A stretch of 64,000 bases of DNA from an uncultured Chitinophaga sp. (GTDB lineage: Bacteria; Bacteroidota; Bacteroidia; NS11-12g; UBA955): positions 6,850 through 70,849 of the forward strand of contig CAZDGF010000005.1 in NCBI GenBank assembly GCA_964505065.1. The letters are read 5' to 3'. The notes below the pieces were generated by a model. That model was given only the letters and a program-made list of their open reading frames with translations, was not told the origin of the DNA and did no database searches. Position 1 is the first letter of the stretch. The number at the start of each line of letters is the position of its first letter. Below, one piece after another: positions 40,373 through 48,517 of this stretch. The position numbers were made by a program, and so were the translations under genes.

Positions 40373-42169
40373 TTAAGGTAGATTATTATTAACTATATTC
40401 TGAAAGTTTGTAGAATTGCCATAAGCATTTACATATGCAGTTTGGTAATCCTCGATATTTATTACAGAAGAAGATAATAAACCATAAAGTTGAGCCACAG
40501 TTCTGCCATTAATATTATCCCATGTTTCTGCTCCATTAAAACCATCCATTAAATCATTAAAAACGCCTTTACATATCCAATCATTAGTAAAAAAATGTTC
40601 ATCATCTCTTAAATCTAATAAACTTTCATGTCCACCAAATTCTGAACTAAAAATTTCACCATTATTACCATAATAAGCGAGTGCAAAACGTTGTCCTAAA
40701 AATTCTGCCCATGCTTCTGTTACTTGCAAATATTTATCTTGCCCATTGCTGCTATTTTGCCAATTGCCACAACCATATCCTCCACATCCTTCGCTGCTTA
40801 ATGATTGATTTATTACATTAATCCAAAAAGCACTTCCCACTTTGTTAAAATGGCTTGCATGGCTAAGTTCATGAAACAAAGTTTGCATAGTTTCGCAAGA
40901 GAATTGATTATAACGACCTGAAATATCTTTTGTAGTTTTTAAAGTAATATCAGGTAATAAGCCAAATAAAGCATTAAATAAACTAGGGTAATTGTTGAGC
41001 ATACCATTAACGCCAAATGCTTTACTTATAAGAGGGTCAGCATAAGCTTTTAATACACTCATGTGTCCTAACATTGGTGCAGAAGCACTACCTGGGTTAT
41101 CTGCCCAATGTGCATATATTACCAATGCAGTTGGCGATTTTGTAATACCTTCATTTTTGCAGTAATTGTCATGGTGGTAAACGGAATTCATGATATGTGC
41201 CCATGTTCTTAATTCTCTATGCGCTCCAATAAATATGTTTTTATTTCTAAGGTCTAAATTATCTACCCACCCTTGATAAAACTTACTACCTACTGCAAAC
41301 TCACCAATTAATTTAGGAATAAAAGTAAGCCAATTTCCAGTTGTATTAAAAGGTTTTACATTTACTCTTGAGTTTTTATAATGTAAACCTATAGTAGTGC
41401 CAACATGAAAATCAGTTAATATTTTATAATGTCCATTATGGTCGGCATTTGCACTTACGGTAAAGCCAAATTTAATAGCCCATACACTTACTCCCATATT
41501 ATTCTGTGTGCCTAATTGTTCATCAGTAAAGGTTATATTTCCCTCTGGTCTTATTGCTTTTCTTACATTAATTTTTGCGGTGGGTAATGCAGAGTCACCA
41601 TTCATTATTAAATAACCTGCGTGCAACATTAATAATATTTCTAAATCAGTTTGGTCTTCTTTAGGTTTGTAAAGGGTATCTAAAATTTCAAATTGAATAT
41701 GTTGCAACATTTCATGGTTAATTGGAACAGTAGTATATAAACTGCCATCTTTTAGATTTTCTAAATCTTCTTCGCTTGCTCCACTTTGATATAATTCTGG
41801 CGCATTTAAAGGTATAGCATGAATAGCAATAGTAGTATCTTCCATGTATTGCATTGTAGTTTCATTTACTTGGTCAGTTTCAAATTTTATCATTAAATGA
41901 AAATGTTCTTGTGTAATTTCTGGAATATCTGTAGAGCCATATACCTCTCTTGCAGAGCGCATATTTTTAATGGAAAATGGATTCACAATTACTCCATTTT
42001 CAATAGGAATACTTTGGTTTGTAACTACGTTTGGTTTCACATCGTTTACATTATTCAAGTCTTGGTTTTTGTCTTTTTTACAAGATTGAATAAAAAAATT
42101 AGAAAGTAGAAGAAGAGTTAAAAGCAGCTTTGTGCTTTGTGCTTTGTGCTTTGTGCTTTGTTGTTCCAT
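40373..42169 (-). CDS. Putative zinc metalloprotease lipoprotein (HExxH, gluzincin-like)
   Basis: Lipobox FFIQSC and LFHELSHASHF (HExxH), with a candidate third ligand in TEAWAEFLG ~55 residues downstream. The N-terminus carries a heptanucleotide repeat. Confidence 0.6.
   Translation of the reverse strand: MEQQSTKHKAQSTKLLLTLLLLSNFFIQSCKKDKNQDLNNVNDVKPNVVTNQSIPIENGVIVNPFSIKNMRSAREVYGSTDIPEITQEHFHLMIKFETDQVNETTMQYMEDTTIAIHAIPLNAPELYQSGASEEDLENLKDGSLYTTVPINHEMLQHIQFEILDTLYKPKEDQTDLEILLMLHAGYLIMNGDSALPTAKINVRKAIRPEGNITFTDEQLGTQNNMGVSVWAIKFGFTVSANADHNGHYKILTDFHVGTTIGLHYKNSRVNVKPFNTTGNWLTFIPKLIGEFAVGSKFYQGWVDNLDLRNKNIFIGAHRELRTWAHIMNSVYHHDNYCKNEGITKSPTALVIYAHWADNPGSASAPMLGHMSVLKAYADPLISKAFGVNGMLNNYPSLFNALFGLLPDITLKTTKDISGRYNQFSCETMQTLFHELSHASHFNKVGSAFWINVINQSLSSEGCGGYGCGNWQNSSNGQDKYLQVTEAWAEFLGQRFALAYYGNNGEIFSSEFGGHESLLDLRDDEHFFTNDWICKGVFNDLMDGFNGAETWDNINGRTVAQLYGLLSSSVINIEDYQTAYVNAYGNSTNFQNIVNNNLP
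42127..42161 (-). repeat. Heptanucleotide tandem repeat (ACAAAGC)x5 on the coding strand, 5 nt after the start codon
   Basis: The plus strand reads gctttgt x5 exactly, located between the ATG (42167-42169) and the signal-peptide coding region. Confidence 0.85.
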
Positions 42170-42261
42170 AATAATATTTATTAAAATTTATACAAACATA
42201 CCAATAGTTTTTAATTAAACAATCTTATTAATGTAAAAATAATATGAAAAATATTGAAAAC

Positions 42262-42362
42262 TTACACCAAATCCACTCTTTCCCCAACAAGGCTATTCGC
42301 TTCTACCTCACTTTCAATATTACCTATTTTTTTGAGAGTGTATAACGTTTTGGAGTATTTTT
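42262..42362 (-). pseudogene. Relic copy of the 3' end of the 43134-44003 gene (frameshifted)
   Basis: cttacaccaaatccac.ctttccccaacaag...tacctcactttcaatattacctatttttttgagag aligns with 43133-43236 at roughly 85% identity by eye. It would encode LQNVIHS.KKIGNIESEV...LVGERVDLV* if one indel is corrected. Confidence 0.55.
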
Positions 42363-42385
42363 AAAATTTTACGCAATTAAATCTT

Positions 42386-42393
42386 TAATTTTG
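42386..42393 (+). promoter_or_regulatory. Candidate -7 box (TAnnTTTG) immediately upstream of the zeta-toxin-like gene
   Basis: taattttg ends 5 nt before the GTG start at 42399, implying a very short or absent leader. Confidence 0.3.
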
Positions 42394-42398
42394 CAATT

Positions 42399-42995
42399 GT
42401 GGAAAATAAAAAACTCTACATAATTGCAGGATGTAATGGCGCAGGCAAAACAACTGCATCTTTCACCATTTTGCCAGAAATTCTTGATTGCAAAGAGTTT
42501 GTAAATGCAGATGAAATTGCAAAAGGATTATCTCCCTTTCAGCCAGAAAAAGTTTCGTTGGAGGCAGGTAGAATAATGTTAAAAAGAATTAATGAATTAC
42601 TTGCCGAAAATCAAAATTTTGCCTTTGAAACCACATTAGCAACTAAAAGTTATAAAAGTAAAATAACAGAAGCGAAAAAAAAAGGATACCGTGTTACATT
42701 ATTATTCTTTTGGCTACAAACTATAGCATTGGCTAAAGAACGTGTAAATACAAGAGTTTTGGAAGGTGGTCATAATATTGCGCCCCAAATTATTGAAAGA
42801 AGGTATAAAAATGGCATCAAAAATTTATTTAATATATACTTACCTTTGGTGGATGGTGTATTAATATTTGATAACTCTGAAGGCAAACATGAATTGATTG
42901 CTGAAAGGCAATTTAATGAAATATTAAATATTACCAATAACGAAAAATTTAACTTATTAAAAAACGAATATGACGATAATAGAAATACAAATTGA
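42399..42995 (+). CDS. Zeta-toxin-like P-loop kinase (COG4185-type)
   Basis: LYIIAGCNGAGKTT (Walker A), FVNADEIAKGL, FAFETTLA, LLFFWL, EGGHNI. GTG start. Confidence 0.7.
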   Translation: MENKKLYIIAGCNGAGKTTASFTILPEILDCKEFVNADEIAKGLSPFQPEKVSLEAGRIMLKRINELLAENQNFAFETTLATKSYKSKITEAKKKGYRVTLLFFWLQTIALAKERVNTRVLEGGHNIAPQIIERRYKNGIKNLFNIYLPLVDGVLIFDNSEGKHELIAERQFNEILNITNNEKFNLLKNEYDDNRNTN

Positions 42996-43122
42996 AGAAA
43001 AAAATAAAATTCTTAAAGGACTTGAAAAAGTATATGAAAAACTTTTAGAATTTAAAAAAATGAAAAACTCTGAATTGGTGATATTAAAAGACAATAAAAT
43101 TGTAAAAATTAAACCTAATTAA
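42970..43122 (+). CDS. Small protein (50 aa) overlapping the 3' end of the zeta-toxin-like gene; possible cognate partner
   Basis: Manual translation gives MTIIEIQIEEKNKILKGLEKVYEKLLEFKKMKNSELVILKDNKIVKIKPN. It overlaps the upstream gene by 26 nt in another frame and is below the ORF-track cut-off. Confidence 0.4.
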   Translation: MTIIEIQIEEKNKILKGLEKVYEKLLEFKKMKNSELVILKDNKIVKIKPN

Positions 43123-43133
43123 TTTTTTTTGTC

Positions 43134-44003
43134 TTACACCAAATCCACCCTTTCCCCAACAAGCAAATTTACATTTACCTCACTTTCAATATTACCTATT
43201 TTTTTGAGAGAGTGCATTACATTTTGGAGCATTTTTTCGCTAATTGTAAAATCCGTATTCCACTCGGTGCTGTAAAACCAAGTGAGTGCATCTTTTGGCT
43301 GCATATCAAAATTTTCGAGTAGCATATCTACGCTATTGTCTGCTGTCATAAATTGTTTGCAGGTAAAGTTTATTACCTTTAGCATTTGGTGTATTGCCTC
43401 GCCTTTTTCGCTCAATGCCTTTTCTGTAGCCACTATTTGAAAACAACTCCATGGCGTAATAAATTCGCCAATTCTATTCAGTTGTCCACTATCAACCAAA
43501 GGCTTGGTGGTATATTTTTCCCAAAAAAATACTTGGCTTTCGTTGTTTTGCAGCGAGGGTAAAGCACCTTGCATATTTTCTACCAATACAAAATCGTTTT
43601 GGCTTATTTTTTTGCCTCTAATTTCGGCATCTATCATACCCATAAGGTGGCTACCACTGCCAAAACGGCTAATAGCATATTTTTTATCCTCGCATTCGCC
43701 AATATTTTGTATGCCAGAGTTTGTACCGCTATGTATGCCCCAAATAAGGGGCGAGCTTATGTATTGTTTTATTATTTTGGCTTTTAGCCCTTTTATAATA
43801 GCAGAAACAGCGCCTTCAGTAAGTAATACAGCCACATCAAGTTCGTTATTCTCTAATGCTTTTACCATTGCGCCTGTTCCTGCGGCATAATATTGCCAAT
43901 TAAAATTGATGTTTTCTTTTTCAAAAAAACCATAGTCTTTAGCAAGTTTCCAAGGTAAATTAAAATGCTCTGGCACACCGCCAATAGCTATACTTGTATT
44001 CAT
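43134..44003 (-). CDS. Periplasmic-binding-fold (NMT1/THI5/SsuA-like) protein without signal peptide
   Basis: 289 aa, MNTSIAIGGVPEHFNLPWKLA...YAISRFGSGSHLMG. The fold-level call is from composition and motifs only. Confidence 0.45.
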   Translation of the reverse strand: MNTSIAIGGVPEHFNLPWKLAKDYGFFEKENINFNWQYYAAGTGAMVKALENNELDVAVLLTEGAVSAIIKGLKAKIIKQYISSPLIWGIHSGTNSGIQNIGECEDKKYAISRFGSGSHLMGMIDAEIRGKKISQNDFVLVENMQGALPSLQNNESQVFFWEKYTTKPLVDSGQLNRIGEFITPWSCFQIVATEKALSEKGEAIHQMLKVINFTCKQFMTADNSVDMLLENFDMQPKDALTWFYSTEWNTDFTISEKMLQNVMHSLKKIGNIESEVNVNLLVGERVDLV

Positions 44004-44040
44004 TTATATAAGGTTAAACAAATATAAAGTATTTTAGTTG

Positions 44041-44079
44041 GTTAAACCCAAAATCAGCATTAGAAATGCTGAAACGATT
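44041..44079. repeat. Degenerate partial copy of the 5' end of the 148-bp element
   Basis: gttaaacccaaaatcagcattagaaatgctgaaacga compared with ttaaacccaaattcagcaatagaattgctgaatcga. Confidence 0.6.
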
Positions 44080-44094
44080 TAGAAATTATTTAAA

Positions 44095-44242
44095 CCCAAA
44101 TTCAGCAATAGAATTGCTGAATCGAATAACAAATTGTAAATCATGTTTTTACAAAACATAATTGCAATTTTTAAATCGGGGTTAATCCCAACTAAATCAA
44201 ATAGTTCAATTTTTCAAATCTCCTATTGATTAATTTGGGTTT
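44095..44242. repeat. 148-bp MITE-like / structured intergenic element, copy 2
   Basis: Near-identical to 32214-32361. With flanks it forms a perfect 13-bp terminal inverted repeat, ttaaacccaaatt / aatttgggtttaa. Confidence 0.8.
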
Positions 44243-44313
44243 AACTTTATTCATACAATTGCGGCAGCAGCAGGTTCTTTATACGCTTACAATAAAAACA
44301 ATTCAAATACAAA

Positions 44314-44416
44314 ATGTTAAAAATCTTGCTGCGGTGCAGAAACCTGCCAAACAGCTTGCACTTGCAGTGACAGTTGTAAAGGCGAAGAATGCACTTGTGG
44401 ATATTGTAAATATTAA
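44314..44416 (+). other. Frame-interrupted Cys-rich mini-ORF (potential 34-aa peptide MLKSCCGAETCQTACTCSDSCKGEECTCGYCKY if one A of an A5 run is removed)
   Basis: ATG at 44314 is followed by tta and an A5 run (44319-44323). The +1 frame from 44321 encodes KSCCGAETCQTACTCSDSCKGEECTCGYCKY*, with 10 Cys in 31 codons. As written that frame has no start codon. Confidence 0.25.
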
Positions 44417-45289
44417 CTACATAACCCCTTCAGGTGCAATCTTTTTAATCAATCCCTGCAATACCTTGCCGGGTCCGAGTTCTGTAAATTGTGTAGCACC
44501 GTCTTTTACCATAGCTTGTACACTTTGTGTCCATTTTACAGGGGCAGTAAGTTGTTTCAGTAAATTGGCTTTTATTTCATTGGCATCGCTTACGGCATAA
44601 GCCGTAACATTTTGGTAAATAGGGCAACTTGGGTTTTGAAATGTTGTTTCTTCTATAGCTTTTGCCAATTGCTCTTCGGCTGGTTTCATTAATGGCGAAT
44701 GGAAAGCACCGCCTACAGGTAATACCAAAGCACGTTTTGCACCTGCTGCTTTAAGCTTTTCGCAAGCCTCGTTTACAGCCTCTACACCGCCCGAAATTAC
44801 CAACTGCCCGGGGCAATTATAATTAGCAGCTACCACTACACCATTGGTAATACTGGCGCATATTTCTTCCACCTTGCTATCTTCCAAACCCAATACCGCA
44901 GCCATTGTACTGGCTTGCATTTCGCAAGCTTGTTGCATAGCCATAGCACGTTGGTAAACCAATTTTAAGCCATCTTCAAAGGTTAAAGCACCAGTGGCTA
45001 CAAGGGCAGAAAATTCGCCCAAACTATGCCCTGCCACCATATCGGGTTTAAATTCATTGCCCAAACATTTTGCAGCTATTACAGAATGTAAAAATATGGC
45101 AGGTTGCGTAATTTTTGTTTGTTTTAAACCTTCATCAGTGCCGTTAAACATTTCATCGGTAATACTAAAGCCTAATATTTCATTTGCTTTTTGAAATAAA
45201 TTTTTGGCTTCATCAAATTGGTCGTATAAATCTTTTCCCATGCCCATAAATTGAGCACCTTGACCAGGAAATACATAAGCGTGTTTCAT
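44417..45289 (-). CDS. fabD: Malonyl-CoA:ACP transacylase
   Basis: FPGQGAQFMGMG, GHSLGEFSALV, GAFHSPLM. Confidence 0.92.
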   Translation of the reverse strand: MKHAYVFPGQGAQFMGMGKDLYDQFDEAKNLFQKANEILGFSITDEMFNGTDEGLKQTKITQPAIFLHSVIAAKCLGNEFKPDMVAGHSLGEFSALVATGALTFEDGLKLVYQRAMAMQQACEMQASTMAAVLGLEDSKVEEICASITNGVVVAANYNCPGQLVISGGVEAVNEACEKLKAAGAKRALVLPVGGAFHSPLMKPAEEQLAKAIEETTFQNPSCPIYQNVTAYAVSDANEIKANLLKQLTAPVKWTQSVQAMVKDGATQFTELGPGKVLQGLIKKIAPEGVM

Positions 45290-45379
45290 TTTATTATTTA
45301 ATTTTCAATGATACGGTAAACTAAAATAATTTGCAAATTAAAATTTATTCCTTATTGTTGAAGTTATAAATATAAAAAT

Positions 45380-46333
45380 ATGAATAGTTATTTTCAACAA
45401 TTTAGAAATTCGCCATTTAGTGGTTCTTTTTCCTTGTATGGCAGAGTATTGGTGCCAAATTTAATTTTAAATATTATTATAGCCATTATTTCTGTGGTTA
45501 TTATTTTACCTATATCCGCTAAGGCTTTAGGCATCAATATGTTTGAAATGGGAAATTTTGGAAAAGATTTTGCAGCACAAATGAAAGAAATTCAAAGTTC
45601 GGGAGGCAATCCTATGGATTATTTAAAAACGTATTTTTCAAATATAAATTTTGGCTTTATTTTTATTGCATTTGTTGTAGGTTTAATTATAACTTCTTGG
45701 CAATATTTTTTGTTTTTTAAATTAAATGACAATGAAGTAAGAAATAATGATAAAGGAGTTTTAAATGCCTTAAAATCATCTTTTTCTCCCCAAATTTTTC
45801 AAATATTATTGTTCATCATTATTTATATCATTTTTATAACATTGTCAATTGTATTGGTTTCTATAATTTCAGGGTTTATCCTTAAAGCACTTGGGGGAAT
45901 AGGAGGTTTAATAGTATTTATTTTATTTGTATTTTTAATTGCATTTTGGTTAAGGTTATTAATTGCCCCTGCTGCAGTTGTGCATGGTAATATGTCGGTT
46001 GGCAATGCGTTAAGTTTTAGTTGGAAAAATATTAATTTAAGAAGGTCTTTTTTATTGTTATTAATAGGTATAGTGTTTTGTATTATAGCTTTTATTGGTT
46101 TTTTAATTATCGGTTCTATAATTGCAATGATAGGGCTAAGTTCTGTTAATGAAAGTTCTGAAATAACTTCAAAATCTATAATTATTTTTATTTTAACTCA
46201 AATAGTATCTGGGTTATTTGGGGCTATAATATCAACTTACTTTTATGCAGCTTTAAGTGCCTTGTATTTCCGTTTTAGCAATGAAAATAATGAAAGCGAA
46301 GAAGCCATTCAAGAACACTTAATTAACGAATAA
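45380..46333 (+). CDS. Hypothetical polytopic membrane protein
   Basis: 317 aa with about six TM helices. No family recognised. Confidence 0.45.
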   Translation: MNSYFQQFRNSPFSGSFSLYGRVLVPNLILNIIIAIISVVIILPISAKALGINMFEMGNFGKDFAAQMKEIQSSGGNPMDYLKTYFSNINFGFIFIAFVVGLIITSWQYFLFFKLNDNEVRNNDKGVLNALKSSFSPQIFQILLFIIIYIIFITLSIVLVSIISGFILKALGGIGGLIVFILFVFLIAFWLRLLIAPAAVVHGNMSVGNALSFSWKNINLRRSFLLLLIGIVFCIIAFIGFLIIGSIIAMIGLSSVNESSEITSKSIIIFILTQIVSGLFGAIISTYFYAALSALYFRFSNENNESEEAIQEHLINE

Positions 46334-46385
46334 TTTTTAGTTTAAAAAAAAATTACTTGTTTTCGATATTATTTTTTACAAAAAT

Positions 46386-46955
46386 CTACTCTAACAGACG
46401 TATATTTTCCACTATTTCCCCATGAATATCCAAAGGCATATTGGCGGATAGTTTAGAGTTTATTTCGCCTTTTATATCGTAGCCTTTTTGTGGCAAATAG
46501 GTAAGATTTATATCGTGGTTATTTAAGGTTTTAATATTTTGCACTATCAATGTTATTTTTTCTATTGAATTTGAGCTATTGTATTGCATTTCCAATACTT
46601 TAAGTTCTTGTTTAATTTGGATTGCTCTATATGTTATAAAATAGTTGCCATTATCCATTTTAAATGTATCTATTTCATAGTTTTTTAATTGCTGGAATTT
46701 AATATCTGCATATTGTTTAAAAATAGCCAATTCCTTTGCCCACTCTGGCTTTATAATTTCAGTAGAAAAAACACTATCGCCTTGTACAATGGTTTTATTA
46801 AGTTTTAAGTTTTTGCTATTTAGTTGCTTTATTTCATTATCAAAATATTGATTTAAACTGAAGCCTGTTTTTTCTTTACTTTTATTGAAATTACAACTAA
46901 AAAGCAGCAAGCATAATCCTAACAATAAAAATCTTTTAAAATAGTTCATTGCCAT
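46386..46955 (-). CDS. Hypothetical lipoprotein
   Basis: Lipobox LLFSC, 189 aa. It overlaps the 3' end of gpmI by 20 nt. Confidence 0.5.
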   Translation of the reverse strand: MAMNYFKRFLLLGLCLLLFSCNFNKSKEKTGFSLNQYFDNEIKQLNSKNLKLNKTIVQGDSVFSTEIIKPEWAKELAIFKQYADIKFQQLKNYEIDTFKMDNGNYFITYRAIQIKQELKVLEMQYNSSNSIEKITLIVQNIKTLNNHDINLTYLPQKGYDIKGEINSKLSANMPLDIHGEIVENIRLLE

Positions 46956-48459
46956 TCATTTCTTGAGGTTTTGGTAGGTTAAGCATTTTTAATATTGTGG
47001 GTGCTACATCGGCAAGTTTGCCAATAGTAGATATGGTTTTGCATTTTTCGCTAATAATAATACAAGGCACAAGATTTACGCTATGTGCTGTATTGGGTGT
47101 GCCATCTTGGTTTTTGGCTTCTTCGGCATTGCCATGGTCGGCAAGTATTATCAGTTGATAGCCCACTTGTTTGGCTAATTCTACAATTTTTTGCAAGCAA
47201 TTATCCACCGTTTCAGCAGCTTTTATAATGGCTTCCCATACGCCTGTATGCCCCACCATATCTGTATTTGCAAAATTTAAACAAATAAAATCTGGCGCAT
47301 TGTTTTTTATGGTTTCCAATATTTTTTCTGTTAATGGTATTGCGCTCATTTCGGGCTGCAAATCGTATGTTGCCACTTTGGGCGAAGCCTCCATTATTCT
47401 GCTTTCTCCCTCAAAAGGCTCTTCTCTTCCTCCAGAAAAAAAGAAAGTAACATGCGGATATTTTTCTGTTTCGGCACTGCGCAATTGGGTAAGCCCCGCT
47501 TTGCTAATTACCTCGCCAAGAGTATTCTGGGTGTGTTGCGTTTCAAATAATACATTTACATTTTTATAAGTTTCGTCATACTCCGTCATAGTTGCATAAT
47601 ACAATGGCAAAGTTTGCATATTGTAATCTGCAAAATCTAGCTGCGTAAGTGCGGTGCTTATTTGCCGCCCTCTATCGGTTCTAAAATTAAAACACAATAC
47701 TGCATCATTGGGCAATATTTTGGCTATTGGCTCATTATTTTCAAATATTACAGCAGGATTTATAAATTCATCTGTTATATTTTCAGCATAATTTTTTTCT
47801 ATTGCAGCTGGCGCATTTGTAAAACTTTCGCCTTGGTTATGCACTAAAAGATTGTATGCCAAAGCTGTTCTTTCCCAGCGTTTGTCTCTATCCATAGCAT
47901 AGTATCTGCCTATAATGGTGGCTATTTTAGCATTTGTGTTTTTTATTCTGTTTTCTAATTCTGCTATAAAATTAATGCCACTTTTTGGGTCGGTATCTCG
48001 CCCATCTGTAAAAGCATGTATAAATATTTTTTGAACCCCTTTTTGTGTAAAAATATCGCACAATGAAATTAAATGCTCCATACTGCTATGTACGCCACCA
48101 TTGCTAACCAAGCCCATTAAATGCAATGGTTTGTTGTTTGAAATACAATAGTTGGCAACATTTAAAATACTTTGTTTTTGGGCAGCTTCGTTGGTGTTAA
48201 ATTGCTTATTAATTAAAGCCAATTGTTGCCATACAACTCTGCCAGCTCCTAAGTTCATGTGTCCAACTTCGCTATTGCCCATTTGCCCCTCTGGTAGCCC
48301 TACTTCGTTGCCATAAGTTACCAATTTAGTAGTTGGATATTGGCTATACAAGCTATCTACAAAAGGAGTTTTAGCATGAAAAATAGCATCTGTAAAATCT
48401 TTTTTACCTATTCCCCAGCCATCTAAAATAATTAAAAATGCTTTTTGTTTTTGCATCAT
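46936..48459 (-). CDS. gpmI: 2,3-bisphosphoglycerate-independent phosphoglycerate mutase
   Basis: LIILDGWG, GNSEVGHMNLGAGR, GGVHS, FTDGRDT, NFANTDMVGHTG, ADHGNAE. Confidence 0.93.
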   Translation of the reverse strand: MMQKQKAFLIILDGWGIGKKDFTDAIFHAKTPFVDSLYSQYPTTKLVTYGNEVGLPEGQMGNSEVGHMNLGAGRVVWQQLALINKQFNTNEAAQKQSILNVANYCISNNKPLHLMGLVSNGGVHSSMEHLISLCDIFTQKGVQKIFIHAFTDGRDTDPKSGINFIAELENRIKNTNAKIATIIGRYYAMDRDKRWERTALAYNLLVHNQGESFTNAPAAIEKNYAENITDEFINPAVIFENNEPIAKILPNDAVLCFNFRTDRGRQISTALTQLDFADYNMQTLPLYYATMTEYDETYKNVNVLFETQHTQNTLGEVISKAGLTQLRSAETEKYPHVTFFFSGGREEPFEGESRIMEASPKVATYDLQPEMSAIPLTEKILETIKNNAPDFICLNFANTDMVGHTGVWEAIIKAAETVDNCLQKIVELAKQVGYQLIILADHGNAEEAKNQDGTPNTAHSVNLVPCIIISEKCKTISTIGKLADVAPTILKMLNLPKPQEMNGNELF

Positions 48460-48509
48460 GGGGCAAAATTACGTTTAATGTTAGCGGTTTGCAATTGGTA
48501 TAATATGTT

Positions 48510-48517
48510 TATTTTTG
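48510..48517 (+). promoter_or_regulatory. Candidate -7 box (TAnnTTTG) for mnmE
   Basis: tatttttg overlaps the TTG at 48515, so the real mnmE start may be the GTG at 48524. Confidence 0.25.

Noticed and set aside
42244-42345. 33-codon plus-strand ORF upstream of the zeta-toxin-like gene, considered as an upstream antitoxin
   Set aside because: It lies antisense to the relic of the neighbouring gene's 3' end, so its sequence is explained by that duplication. It has no HTH-like or antitoxin-like features.
43504-43890. 128-aa and 72-aa plus-strand ORFs
   Set aside because: They are antisense to the 289-aa binding-fold protein gene, and their composition is not protein-like.
44226-44600. 124-aa plus-strand ORF
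   Set aside because: Its 3' half is antisense to fabD. Its 5' half covers the repeat element and the Cys-rich frame, which is reported separately, and the translation is not protein-like.
47171-47569. 132-aa plus-strand ORF
   Set aside because: It is antisense to gpmI.
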